A stretch of DNA of 64,000 nucleotides from positions 358,733 to 422,732 of the forward strand of contig BPJM01000001.1 in the NCBI GenBank assembly GCA_026004615.1, given 5' to 3'. A program made the position numbers and the translations under genes. This DNA comes from Planctomycetota bacterium. GTDB taxonomy: Bacteria; Planctomycetota; J058; J103. Under the pieces are notes generated by a model. The model did not search any database, was not told the origin of the DNA, and worked only from the letters and a program-made list of their open reading frames with translations. Below, piece by piece: positions 30,677 through 40,309 of the stretch (position 1 is its first letter; every line of letters begins with the position of its first letter).

Positions 30677-31809
30677 GCGCGCTCGCGACCGGCGGCGTCG
30701 AGGTGGCGCTGCGCGGCATCGCCAAGCGGTTCGGGGCGGCGGAGGTGCTGGCGGGCATCGAGCTGGAGATCGCCGCCGGCGAGCTGGTGGTGCTGCTCGG
30801 CCGCTCGGGCTGCGGCAAGTCCACCCTGCTGCGGATCGTCTGCGGGCTGGAGGAGCCGAGCGCCGGCGAGGTCTGGATCGGCGGCCGCGAGGTGACGGCG
30901 CTGGAGCCGCGCGAACGCAACCTCGCGATGGTGTTCCAGAGCTATGCGCTCTACCCGCACATGACGGTGCGGGACAACATCGCGTTCCCGCTTCGGATCC
31001 GGCGGGTGGCGAAGGCGGAGCGCGAGCGGCGGGTGCGCGAGGTGGCGGCGCTGCTCGGTCTGGAGCAGCTGCTCGACCGCCGCCCGGCGCAGCTCAGCGG
31101 CGGCCAGCGCCAGCGGGTGGCGATCGCCCGCGCGCTGGTGCGCCAGCCGCCGCTGTATCTGTTCGACGAGCCGCTGAGCAACCTCGATGCGGCGCTGCGC
31201 ACCCGCATGCGCGCCGAGCTGCGGGCGCTGCACGCGCGGCTGGGTGCGACCATGCTCTATGTGACCCACGACCAGATCGAGGCGATGACGCTCGCCGATC
31301 GGATCGTGGTGCTGGAGGCCGGCCGGATCCAGCAGGTCGGACGCCCGGAGGAGATCTACCGCGCGCCGGCCAACCGCTTCGTCGCCACCTTCGTCGGCTC
31401 GCCCGCGATGAACCTGATCCCGGGCGAGGTGCAGGGCGGCCGCTTCCGGGCGCAGGGGGCGCCGCTGGAGCTGGTGGCCGGCAGCGCGCGCAGCGGCCCG
31501 GCCGAGCTCGGCATCCGGCCCGAGCACGTGCTGGTCGCGCTCGCGGACGCGCCGCAACCGGCGCCGCCGGCGGCGCCAGCCCCCGCCGCACCCGCCTGGC
31601 TCACCGGCGAGGTCGAGCTGTCGGAGCCGGTCGGCGACCGGGGCTACCTCCACCTGCGCGCGGGGGAGCTGGTGCTGCGGGCGAGCGTGCCCGGCCCCGA
31701 GGCCTTCCGCTACCGCGAGGGCGCACGCGTGCGCGCCGCGATCGATCCGGCGCACACGCACCTGTTCGACGCCCGCACCGGCGAGCGCTGGGAGCGGCAG
31801 GAGCCCTGA
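30673..31809 (+). CDS. malK: Sugar ABC transporter ATPase (MalK/MsmX)
   Basis: GRSGCGKST, FQSYALYPHM, LSGGQRQR, DEPLSNLDA, YVTHDQ, C-terminal TOBE domain. Confidence 0.92.
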   Translation: MSALATGGVEVALRGIAKRFGAAEVLAGIELEIAAGELVVLLGRSGCGKSTLLRIVCGLEEPSAGEVWIGGREVTALEPRERNLAMVFQSYALYPHMTVRDNIAFPLRIRRVAKAERERRVREVAALLGLEQLLDRRPAQLSGGQRQRVAIARALVRQPPLYLFDEPLSNLDAALRTRMRAELRALHARLGATMLYVTHDQIEAMTLADRIVVLEAGRIQQVGRPEEIYRAPANRFVATFVGSPAMNLIPGEVQGGRFRAQGAPLELVAGSARSGPAELGIRPEHVLVALADAPQPAPPAAPAPAAPAWLTGEVELSEPVGDRGYLHLRAGELVLRASVPGPEAFRYREGARVRAAIDPAHTHLFDARTGERWERQEP

Positions 31810-31894
31810 GCGGGGGCGGAGGTCACGGCGGCGGCCACCGGCGGCCGGCCCGCCGGTGCTCCGGCGCTCACGCGGGCAGGCGGAGGCAGCGGCG

Positions 31895-34084
31895 GTGAAC
31901 GCGCTGGCAGCGGCGGCGCTCGCAACGGTGGTGCTCTGGCACAGCTACCAGGGCGCGGAGCGGCAGGCGCTGGAGCAGACGGCCGCCGCGATCAACGCCG
32001 AGTTCCGCGCCGCCGGCCACCCCGAGGCGCAGCTCGCCCTGCTGGCCGTGCCGTTCGATGCCCTGCACCGCAAGCTCGAGACCACCATCCCGCGCGGCCA
32101 TGGACCGGCGCTGTTCATCGCGGCCCACGACCGGCTGGGCGACTGGGTGCAGCGGGGGCTGGTCGCGCCCCTGCCCGCAGAGGCCGCGGCGCCCGAGGAG
32201 CGCTGGCTGCCGGGGCTGCTGGCGGCGCTCAGCGGCCCGGACGGGCGGCTGTACGGGCTGCCGCTCACCTACAAGGGGCTGGTGCTGTATACCCGCCGGG
32301 AGCTGCTCGCCCGCCCGCCCGAGGAGCTGGAGGAGCTGCGCCGGCTGGCGCCCGCGCTGCGGGCGCAGGGTGCGGTGCCGCTCGCCTACGATACCGGTTC
32401 GTTCTTCTTCCACGCCCCGCTGTTCCTCGCCTGCGGGGGAGAGCTGTTCGACGCGCAGGGCCGGTTCGCGGTGTTCGAGGAGCCGGGCCGCCGCTCGTTC
32501 GCGCTGGCGGCGGAGCTGGTGCGCGAGGGCACGCTGATCGGCGAGGCGAGCAGCGCCTCGGTCGCGCAGCTGTTCCAGAACGGGCGCGCCGCGGCGGTCA
32601 TCAGCGGGCCCTGGTTCGCGGGCGAGCTCGCCCTCGCCCCCCGGAGCTGGGAGGTGGCGCCGCTGCCGCGGCTCGGCGGCCGTGCCCTCGGCTCGTTCAT
32701 CACGGTCGAGGGGGTGTTGCTGTCCGCGGCTGCGCCCGATCCGCCGGCGGCAGTGCGCGCGGCCCGGGCGCTGGCCCTGCACTGGCGGCTGCGCGCCGAG
32801 CTGGGACAGCAGCCGCCGGCGCTCGCCGAGGCCTACCGCGAGGAGGCAGCGGCGCTGCCGCCGCTGGTGCGCGCGCAGGCGCACGCGCTGCGCCACGGGC
32901 GGATCACGCCCAGCCGCCCCGAGATGGCGCTGGTCTGGGAGCCGGCGGGCGGGCTGTTGCGCGCGGTGCTGCACCGCGGCGAGCCGCTCGCGCAGGCGCT
33001 CGGGCGGGCGCGCCAGCAGCTGGCGGTGGCGAGCCGCCCGCCGCCGCCGGCCGCCGATCCGCAGCCGTACCTGGTGGCGGCGGGGGCGCTGCTGCTGCTC
33101 GCGGTCGCCATGCTGGTCCGGCGCGCGCGCGACGCCCGGCTCGGCACCGCGCTGGTGCGCCACCGCTTCGCCTACGCGATGGTGCTGCCGGCGCTGCTCG
33201 CGGTGGCGATCCTGGTGGCGCTGCCGCTGGTGGCGGCGGGCGCGCTCGCGCTGTTCGCCCACACCGGCGGCGGGCAGTACCGCTTCGTGGGCCTGGGCAA
33301 CTTCGCCGCCATCCTCGGGGCGCGCGACTATCCGCCGGGCGATCCGCTGTCGCTGCACTTCACGCTCGGCGTCACCGTGCTGTGGACGGTGGTGAACGTG
33401 ACCCTGCACCTGCTGATCGGCGGCGCGCTCGCGCTGCTGCTCGCACGGCCGCTGCTCGCGTTGCGCCCGCTGTACCGGGTGGTGCTCATCCTGCCCTGGG
33501 CGGTGCCGTCCTACATCACGGCCCTGGTGTGGCGGGGGCTGTTCGACACCCAGCTCGGCGCCATCAACGCCCTGCTGACGCGGCTGGGCCTGGAGCCGGT
33601 GTCGTGGTGGCAGAGCTTCGCTACCGCGTTCGCCGCCAACGTCGTCACCAACACCTGGCTCGGCTTCCCCTTCATGATGGTGGTGGCGCTGGGGGCGCTG
33701 CAGTCGGTGCCGCAAGAGCTGCAAGAGGTGGCGCGGCTGGAGGGTGCGGGACCGCTCCTCAGGCTGCGCCACGTGCTCTGGCCATGCGTGCGGCCGGCGC
33801 TGCTGCCGGCGGTGCTGCTCGGCTCGGTCTGGACGTTCAACATGTTCAACGTGATCTACCTGGTCTCCGGTGGCGAGCCCGCCGGGGCGACCGAGATCCT
33901 GGTCTCCGAAGCCTACAAGTGGGCGTTCGAGCGGCAGTACCGCTACGGCTACGCGGCGGCGTACGCGGTGATCATCTTCGTGCTGCTGCTGGCATACGGA
34001 CGGCTGGTGCTGGGCCGCGCTGCGCGAACGGGCACGCCGGCCTCAGGCGGCGCGGCGGGCGCTTCCATGGAGGTGGGCTCGTGA
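31895..34084 (+). CDS. Fused maltodextrin-binding protein (MalE-like) and permease (MalF-like)
   Basis: SBP motifs VLWHSY, LFIAAHDRLGDW, LYGLP, ISGPW, MALVWEP, in frame with permease motifs FVGLGNF, ILPWAVP, WLGFPFMM, EAA loop, TFNMFN. GTG follows GGAGG. Confidence 0.88.
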   Translation: MNALAAAALATVVLWHSYQGAERQALEQTAAAINAEFRAAGHPEAQLALLAVPFDALHRKLETTIPRGHGPALFIAAHDRLGDWVQRGLVAPLPAEAAAPEERWLPGLLAALSGPDGRLYGLPLTYKGLVLYTRRELLARPPEELEELRRLAPALRAQGAVPLAYDTGSFFFHAPLFLACGGELFDAQGRFAVFEEPGRRSFALAAELVREGTLIGEASSASVAQLFQNGRAAAVISGPWFAGELALAPRSWEVAPLPRLGGRALGSFITVEGVLLSAAAPDPPAAVRAARALALHWRLRAELGQQPPALAEAYREEAAALPPLVRAQAHALRHGRITPSRPEMALVWEPAGGLLRAVLHRGEPLAQALGRARQQLAVASRPPPPAADPQPYLVAAGALLLLAVAMLVRRARDARLGTALVRHRFAYAMVLPALLAVAILVALPLVAAGALALFAHTGGGQYRFVGLGNFAAILGARDYPPGDPLSLHFTLGVTVLWTVVNVTLHLLIGGALALLLARPLLALRPLYRVVLILPWAVPSYITALVWRGLFDTQLGAINALLTRLGLEPVSWWQSFATAFAANVVTNTWLGFPFMMVVALGALQSVPQELQEVARLEGAGPLLRLRHVLWPCVRPALLPAVLLGSVWTFNMFNVIYLVSGGEPAGATEILVSEAYKWAFERQYRYGYAAAYAVIIFVLLLAYGRLVLGRAARTGTPASGGAAGASMEVGS

Positions 34085-34944
34085 GCGGGCGGCGGCGGCG
34101 CGGGCGGGGGCGGCTCCGCCGGCTCGCCGCGCACGCGGTGCTGCTGCTCGCCTGCGCCGCGGTGCTGGCGCCGCTGCTCTGGGTGGTGGACCTGGCGCTG
34201 CGGCCGGGGGCGGGGCTGGGGGGCGGTCCGGTGTTCGATCCGCGCCTGTGGACGCTGGACAACCTGCGGGCGCTCACCGGCAGCCGCGACGCGGCGGGCC
34301 AGCCGTTGTTCTGGCGGCAGTTCGCCAACAGCCTGGGGGTGGCGGCCGCGAGCGCCGTGCTGGGCACCTCGCTCGCCTCGAGCGCCGCCTACGCGCTGAG
34401 CCGGTTTTCCTTTCCCGGGCGGCGGGCCGGGCTCGGCTTTCTCTTCGCGGTCCAGATGTTCCCCGGGGTGCTGGCCGCGGTGCCGATCTACATCCTGCTC
34501 GATGCGGCGGGGCTGATCGACAGCCTGCTCGGGCTGGTGCTGGTGTATGCGAGCACGGCGCTGCCGTTCGCGATCTGGATGCTGAAGGGATTCTTCGACC
34601 AGGTGCCGCGCGAGCTCGAGGAAGCGGCGCGCGTGGACGGCGCCGGGCCCTGGCAGGCGTTCGCGCGCGTGGCGCTGCCGCTGGTGCGGCCGGGGCTCAT
34701 GGTGACGGTGCTGTTCTGCTTCATGGGGGCCTGGAACGAGTTCATCCTCGCCGCCACCTTCCTGCACGCCGAGCCCCGCTACACCCTCCCGGTGGTGCTG
34801 CAGCAGCAGGTGGGTGCGTACGGCGCGCGCTGGGAGCTGTTCGCAGCGGGGGCGCTCGTGGTCTCGCTGCCGGTGGTGGTGCTGTTCTACGCCCTGCAGC
34901 GCCACCTGGTGGGCGGGCTGACCGCGGGTGCACTCAAGGGCTGA
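34081..34944 (+). CDS. malG: Sugar ABC transporter permease MalG
   Basis: AYALSRFSFPG, QMFP, LKGFFDQVPRELEEAARVDG, AWNEFILA, GLTAGALKG. Confidence 0.9.
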   Translation: MSGRRRRGRGRLRRLAAHAVLLLACAAVLAPLLWVVDLALRPGAGLGGGPVFDPRLWTLDNLRALTGSRDAAGQPLFWRQFANSLGVAAASAVLGTSLASSAAYALSRFSFPGRRAGLGFLFAVQMFPGVLAAVPIYILLDAAGLIDSLLGLVLVYASTALPFAIWMLKGFFDQVPRELEEAARVDGAGPWQAFARVALPLVRPGLMVTVLFCFMGAWNEFILAATFLHAEPRYTLPVVLQQQVGAYGARWELFAAGALVVSLPVVVLFYALQRHLVGGLTAGALKG

Positions 34945-34986
34945 GCGCGGCGCCGGCGCCGCCGTGGCGCGCCCGGCCTGCCCCCT

Positions 34987-36972
34987 CTACCCAGGGCCCG
35001 GCTCGCCCGGGCTGCCGAACAGCGCGCTGGCCTTCGCCAGGGCCTCGGGGCTGCCCAGCACGAGCGCGATGTCCTCCGGCTCCAGCCGCCAGCTCGCCGG
35101 CGGGCTGGCGGTCGTCTTGTGCGCGCGGTGGACCGCGAGCACCAGCGCCCCGGTCTGCGCCGCCAGCCCGCTCTCGGCCAGCGTCCGGCCGGCGAGCGGG
35201 CTGCCGGGCTGCACCCGGAAGACCTCCAGCTGCGCCTCGCCCAGCAGCCGGCCCAGCCCGCCCACCGGCGGCAGCGGCCGCCGCTCCTCGCGGAACATGC
35301 CGTAGCCCTCGCGCCGCAGCTCGCGCACCAGCCGCTCGATCACGTCGTAGGGCACCAGGTAGCTGCGGAGCACGCGCGAGACGATCTCGATCGCGGTCTC
35401 GAACTCCTCCGGCACCACCTCGTGCGCGCCCAGCCGGTACAGCTCCGCCACCTCGCCCACCAGGCGCGTGCGCACGATCAGGCGGACGGCGGGATTGAGG
35501 TGGCGCGCCACCTCGACGATGCGGCGCGCCGAGGCGGCATCGGGCACCGTCACCACCACCACCCGCGCCCGCGCGATGCCGGCATGCTCCAGGATCAGCG
35601 GCTGCGTCGCGTCCCCGTACAATACGGGCTTTTTCGCCCGCCGCAGCCGCCTGACCGTCTCCGGGTTCATCTCGATCACGACGTAGGGCATCTGGACGTG
35701 CTCGAGCGCGCGCGCCACGTTTTGCCCGTTGACGCCATAGCCGACGATCACGACGTGGTCGTCGAGTCCGGCCTCCGCCTCGGCCGGCGCCGCCACGGCG
35801 GCGGGCAGCTGGCGCCCGACCCAGTCGGAGATCGCGGGCCCCAAGCGGACCAGCAGCGGGGTGGCGGCCATGCTGAGCACGGTCGCCGCCAGCAGCAGCT
35901 GCGCGGAGCCGCCTGGCAGCAGCTCGTGGCGCCCGCCCAGGTGCAGCAGCAGAAAGGAGAACTCCCCGATCTGCGCGAGCAACAGCCCGGCCAGCGCCCC
36001 GATCCGCGCCGGGTAGCCGAGCGCCACCGCCGCCGCGGCCGCGATAACGGCCTTGCCAGCGACGATCCCCAGCGTGCTGCCGGCCACCGCCGGGGCGTGC
36101 GAGGCGAAGTAGCCCGCATCGAGCAGCATGCCGATCGAGACGAAGAACAGGCTGCTGAACGCATCGCGGAACGGCAGCACGGTGCCGAGCGCGTGGTGCG
36201 CGTACTCCGACTCCGAGACCACCAGCCCGGCGAGGAACGCCCCCAGCGCCAGGGACAGCCCCAGCTCGGAGGTCAGCCACGCGGTGCCGAGGCAGATCAC
36301 GATCATCGAGAACAGGAACAGCTCGCGGCTGCGCGTCGCGACCACGAAGTGGAGCACCCGCGGCACCACGCTCCGCGCCACCACCAGCACCGCCACCACC
36401 ACGCCCACGGCCTCGAGCAACGTGAGCCCGATCGCCTTCCAGTCCCCGCCCCCGCTGCCGGCGAGCAGCGGGATGGCCAGCACCATCGGCACCACCGCCA
36501 GGTCCTGGAAGATCAGGATTCCCAGCGCGATCCGCCCCTGGGGAGTGGTCGCCTCGCCGCGCTCGGTGAGCAGCCGCATGACGATGGCGGTGCTGCTGAG
36601 CGCGACGATGAAGCCCACCAGCACCGCGCTCGGCAGCGCGAGCCCGAGCGCCAGCGCGGCGAGGGCGGCGGCGCCGCCGGTCAGCACGACCTGGAGCGTA
36701 CCGCCCAGCAGCACCACCCGGCCGAGCCGCAGCAGCGCCCCCAGGCTGAACTCCACCCCGACCGCGAACAGCAGGATCACGATGCCGATCTCGGCCAGCA
36801 GCTCGACGCTGTGCCGGTCGTGCACCAGCTGCAGCCCGTAGGGGCCCACCACCGCCCCGGTGGCGAGGAAGCCGATCAGCGAGGGCAGCCGCAGCTTCGT
36901 GAAGATGAAGACGACCGCGACCCCGAGGCCGAAGACGACGACCAGGTCGCGCAGGAACTCGAACTCGGGCAC
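34987..36972 (-). CDS. CPA2 (Kef/YbaL-type) cation:proton antiporter with TrkA-N and TrkA-C domains
   Basis: LAEIGIVILLF, LSSTAIV, ILIFQDL, LGAFLAG, AQIGEFSF, IVGYGVNG, YGDAT, RCK-C; GTG start 36972. Confidence 0.9.
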   Translation of the reverse strand: MPEFEFLRDLVVVFGLGVAVVFIFTKLRLPSLIGFLATGAVVGPYGLQLVHDRHSVELLAEIGIVILLFAVGVEFSLGALLRLGRVVLLGGTLQVVLTGGAAALAALALGLALPSAVLVGFIVALSSTAIVMRLLTERGEATTPQGRIALGILIFQDLAVVPMVLAIPLLAGSGGGDWKAIGLTLLEAVGVVVAVLVVARSVVPRVLHFVVATRSRELFLFSMIVICLGTAWLTSELGLSLALGAFLAGLVVSESEYAHHALGTVLPFRDAFSSLFFVSIGMLLDAGYFASHAPAVAGSTLGIVAGKAVIAAAAAVALGYPARIGALAGLLLAQIGEFSFLLLHLGGRHELLPGGSAQLLLAATVLSMAATPLLVRLGPAISDWVGRQLPAAVAAPAEAEAGLDDHVVIVGYGVNGQNVARALEHVQMPYVVIEMNPETVRRLRRAKKPVLYGDATQPLILEHAGIARARVVVVTVPDAASARRIVEVARHLNPAVRLIVRTRLVGEVAELYRLGAHEVVPEEFETAIEIVSRVLRSYLVPYDVIERLVRELRREGYGMFREERRPLPPVGGLGRLLGEAQLEVFRVQPGSPLAGRTLAESGLAAQTGALVLAVHRAHKTTASPPASWRLEPEDIALVLGSPEALAKASALFGSPGEPGPG

Positions 36973-37089
36973 GGAGGTGCGCTCCCTCGACGACAGCGGG
37001 TGCGCAGGGCCCTGGCGCCTCGCGAGCGCCCCTGGAGCGCGGCGGCGCGGCCGCCAGCCCCGAACCGGCCCGTGCAGCCCGGGAAGCGG

Positions 37090-37118
37090 AGCATAGCGGT
37101 GGCGGCCGGTGACGACAA
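37090..37118 (-). promoter_or_regulatory. Putative promoter TTGTCG-N17-TATGCT for the CPA2 gene
   Basis: Correct spacing in the divergent intergenic region. Confidence 0.45.
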
Positions 37119-37318
37119 GCCGGCCACGGCGCGGAGGCGGCGCCGGCGCGATTTGACGCCGCGCCCCCATTTGTGCTTTGATCGAGATGCCCGTCGGGGA
37201 CGGGGGCGACGGAGTGGCCGCCGTGCCGCAGCGCTGGGTCGCGCCGATTGCGCCGGCTGGTGCAACCGCTGGCCCCGTCCCATCGTGCGCGTTCGGGTCC
37301 CCCTGAGAGGAGGAGCGC

Positions 37319-37900
37319 ATGCAGATCCCGCTGGAGATCGCATTCCGGGGCGTGGAGCCCTCGCCCGCCATCGAGCAGAAGATCCGCGAGAAGGCCGCCA
37401 AGCTGGAGCGCTTCTACGATCGCATCACGAGCTGCCGGGTGGCGGTCGAGCTGCCTCACCAGCAACACCGCAAGGGCAACCAGTACCGGGTCCGGATCGA
37501 GCTCACGGTGCCGGGCCGCGAGATCGTGGTCGCGCGCGACCCGGCCGAGCGGGACGACCATGGCAACGTCTACGCCGCGATCCAGGACGCCTTCGACGCG
37601 GTGCGCCGCCAGCTCCAGGACTTCGTGAGCGCGCGCCGCGACAAGGCCAAGGCGGCCGCGGCGGCGAGCGAGGCGCCGCCGCACGGACGCGTCACCCAAC
37701 TGTTCGCCGAGGAGGGCTACGGGTTCATCACCACCCCCGATGGCCACGAGGTCTACTTCCACCGCAACGCCGTCAGCAACGGCGGCTTCGACCGCCTGCA
37801 GCTGGGCGACGAAGTGCGGTTCCACGAGGAGATGGGAGAACAGGGCCCGCAGGCGAGCGTGGTCCACCCCGTGGGGCGGCATCACCACCTGCTGGACTGA
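37319..37900 (+). CDS. HPF/RaiA ribosome-associated protein fused to a cold-shock domain
   Basis: MQIPLEIAFRG..KLERFYDRITSCRV..YAAIQDAFD (HPF fold) plus GYGFITTPDGHEVYFHRN..GPQA (CSD RNP motifs); RBS AGGAGG. Confidence 0.9.
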   Translation: MQIPLEIAFRGVEPSPAIEQKIREKAAKLERFYDRITSCRVAVELPHQQHRKGNQYRVRIELTVPGREIVVARDPAERDDHGNVYAAIQDAFDAVRRQLQDFVSARRDKAKAAAAASEAPPHGRVTQLFAEEGYGFITTPDGHEVYFHRNAVSNGGFDRLQLGDEVRFHEEMGEQGPQASVVHPVGRHHHLLD

Positions 37901-37914
37901 GTCGTCGCGCGCCC

Positions 37915-38334
37915 ATGGGCTACGAGCCGATCGAGCACACCGCCGACCTCGGCCTGCGGGTGTGGGGCAGCACCCTCGCCGAGCTGTTCACCGAGGCGGC
38001 CGCCGGCATGTGCGAGCTCATGTGGGACCGCGCGCGGGTGCGGCCCGAGCGGCGGCGGCGCCTGGAGGTCGAGGCCGATGACCTCGAGGGGCTGCTCGTG
38101 GGGTGGCTGTCGGAGATCAACTTCCAGCACGTCACCAACGAGGAGGTGTATGCGCGGGCCGTGGTGCAACAGCTCGATGTGGAGCGGTGCCGGCTGGTGG
38201 GCGAGCTCGCGGGCGAGCCGATCGATCCGAGCCGCCATCGGATCCACACCGAGATCAAGGCGGTGACCTACCACGATCTCGCCATCGAGCGGACCGACGA
38301 CGGCTACGAGGCACGCATCGTCTTCGACGTGTGA
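37915..38334 (+). CDS. Archease
   Basis: IEHTADLG, LLVGWLSE, EIKAVTYH, C-terminal IVFDV. Confidence 0.93.
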   Translation: MGYEPIEHTADLGLRVWGSTLAELFTEAAAGMCELMWDRARVRPERRRRLEVEADDLEGLLVGWLSEINFQHVTNEEVYARAVVQQLDVERCRLVGELAGEPIDPSRHRIHTEIKAVTYHDLAIERTDDGYEARIVFDV

Positions 38335-38378
38335 GCGGCGCCCCGGCGCGCGCAACCACGTGGGAGAGGGCAAGCGGG

Positions 38379-39839
38379 ATGCAGACGCTGAGGTACAAAG
38401 AATACGAGATCCGGCAGCTCGGTCCGGCGCTGTGGGAGGTGCCGCGGACCGGGCGGATGCGGGTGCCGGCGCGCATCTTCGCGACCGAGGAACAGCTCCG
38501 GCAGATGATGGATGACAACGCCATCCAGCAGGCGATCAACGTCGCCTGCCTGCCGGGCATCGTCGGCTATTCGCTCGCGATGCCGGACATCCACTGGGGT
38601 TACGGCTTTCCCATCGGCGGCGTTGCCGCCTTCGATCTGGAGGAGGGCGTCGTCAGTCCGGGAGGCGTGGGCTACGACATCAACTGCGGGGTGCGGCTGC
38701 TGGCCTCGCGCCTGAACCGCGAGCGCTTCCTGCCCTACCTCCGGCCGGTGCTCGACGCCATGTTCCGCAAGGTGCCGACGGGGGTCGGCAAGGGGGGGTT
38801 CCTCGAGCTCGACCAGCGCGAGATGCGCCAGGTGCTCACGGAAGGGGCGCGCTGGGCGCTCGGGCGCGGCTATGGCGAGGAGGGCGATCTGCGCCACGTC
38901 GAGGAGGGCGGGCGGATCGCCGGTGCCGATCCGGACGCGGTCAGTGCGCGCGCCATCGAGCGCGGCTCCAAGCAGCTGGGCACGCTGGGCAGCGGCAACC
39001 ACTTCGCCGAGATCGGCTGGGTCGACCGCCTGTACGACGAGCGGGCGGCCGCCCGCCTGGGGCTCGAGGAGGGCACGGTGACCGTGCTCATCCACAGCGG
39101 CTCGCGCGGCTGCGGCTACCAGATCTGCGATGATACGCTCAAGGAGCTGCGCCGCGCCGCCAAGAAGTGGGATTTCGAGCTGCCCGACCCCCAGCTCGCC
39201 GCCGCCCCCATCCGGAGCCCCGAGGGCCAGAAGTACCTGCGCGCCATGCGCTGCGGGATCAACTACGCCTTCGCCAACCGGCAGATCATCGCCCACCGCG
39301 TCCGCGAGGCGTTCCGCGAGGGCATGGGGGCCTCCGATGCCGAGATCGGCTTGCGGGTGGTCTACGAGGTGGCGCACAACATCGCCAAGGTGGAAGAGCA
39401 CCAGCTCGACGGCGAGCGGCGCAAGCTGCTCGTGCACCGCAAGGGCGCCACGCGCGCCTTCGGCCCCGGCCATCCCGAGATCCCGGAGGACTACCGCGAT
39501 CTGGGCCAGCCGGTGCTGATCCCCGGCGACATGGGCCGCTACTCGTTCGTGCTGCTGGGGACCGAGGACGCCATGCGCCAGACCTTCGGCAGCACCTGCC
39601 ATGGTGCGGGCCGCGTGCAGAGCCGGACCGCGGCCAAGAAGGCGGCGCGGGGGCGGGATCTGCGGCGCGAGCTGGAGCAGAAGAGCGGGGTGCTGGTGCG
39701 CGCGGCGGGCTATGCCACGATCGCCGAGGAGATGCCGGAAGCCTACAAGGATGTCGCAGGGGTGGTCGAGGCGTGCGCGGCGGCGGGGATCTCCCGGATC
39801 GTCGCCCGCATCCGGCCGCTCGGGGTGATCAAGGGATGA
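38379..39839 (+). CDS. rtcB: RNA ligase RtcB (long, archaeal-like type)
   Basis: MPDIHWGYGFPIGG, GYDINCG, LGSGNHF, IHSGSRG, AHNIAK, HRKGAT, PGDMG, CHGAGR, EEMPEAYKD, IKG. Confidence 0.96.
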   Translation: MQTLRYKEYEIRQLGPALWEVPRTGRMRVPARIFATEEQLRQMMDDNAIQQAINVACLPGIVGYSLAMPDIHWGYGFPIGGVAAFDLEEGVVSPGGVGYDINCGVRLLASRLNRERFLPYLRPVLDAMFRKVPTGVGKGGFLELDQREMRQVLTEGARWALGRGYGEEGDLRHVEEGGRIAGADPDAVSARAIERGSKQLGTLGSGNHFAEIGWVDRLYDERAAARLGLEEGTVTVLIHSGSRGCGYQICDDTLKELRRAAKKWDFELPDPQLAAAPIRSPEGQKYLRAMRCGINYAFANRQIIAHRVREAFREGMGASDAEIGLRVVYEVAHNIAKVEEHQLDGERRKLLVHRKGATRAFGPGHPEIPEDYRDLGQPVLIPGDMGRYSFVLLGTEDAMRQTFGSTCHGAGRVQSRTAAKKAARGRDLRRELEQKSGVLVRAAGYATIAEEMPEAYKDVAGVVEACAAAGISRIVARIRPLGVIKG

Positions 39840-39897
39840 GGGGCGGTCGCCGCGGCGAGCGGGGCGGGGTGCGGCCGCTGCGGGACGAGGACGCGCG

Positions 39898-40305
39898 ATG
39901 AGTGCACTGCCGTCGGAGAGCTGGCTCTGGGAGCAGGCGCTGCAGATGCTCGAGCAGGCCGAACGGCTGCGGCGGCAGTTCTGCGTGCCGCAGCAGCCGC
40001 CGGGGCGGCCACCGGCCTGGGAGCCGCCGGTCGACATCTTCGAGACCGAGGAGGCGATCTGGATCGTGATCGCGCTGCCCGGCGCCGCCCCCGAGAGCGT
40101 GGAGATCGCGGTCGCGGGCACCGAGCTGGTCGTGGCCGCGCACCGCGCGCTGCCCGCTTCCTGCCGGCGGGCGCGGGTGCACCGGCTGGAGATCCCGCAC
40201 GGGCGCTTCGAGCGCCGCCTGCCCCTGCCGCCCGGCAGCTACGAGCTGGCGCGGCGCGAGCTGGCGAACGGCTGTCTCACCCTTCAGCTCCGTCGGTTGG
40301 ACTGA
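39898..40305 (+). CDS. Hsp20/alpha-crystallin family protein
   Basis: WEPPVDIFET, ALPG, HRLEIPHGRFERRL, NGCLTL. Confidence 0.88.
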   Translation: MSALPSESWLWEQALQMLEQAERLRRQFCVPQQPPGRPPAWEPPVDIFETEEAIWIVIALPGAAPESVEIAVAGTELVVAAHRALPASCRRARVHRLEIPHGRFERRLPLPPGSYELARRELANGCLTLQLRRLD

Positions 40306-40309
40306 GGCT

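Noticed and set aside
37178-37191. FNR-like box TTGAT-CGAG-ATGCC upstream of HPF-CSD
   Set aside because: Only one good half-site, overlapping a possible -10, and not repeated at other promoters in the cluster.
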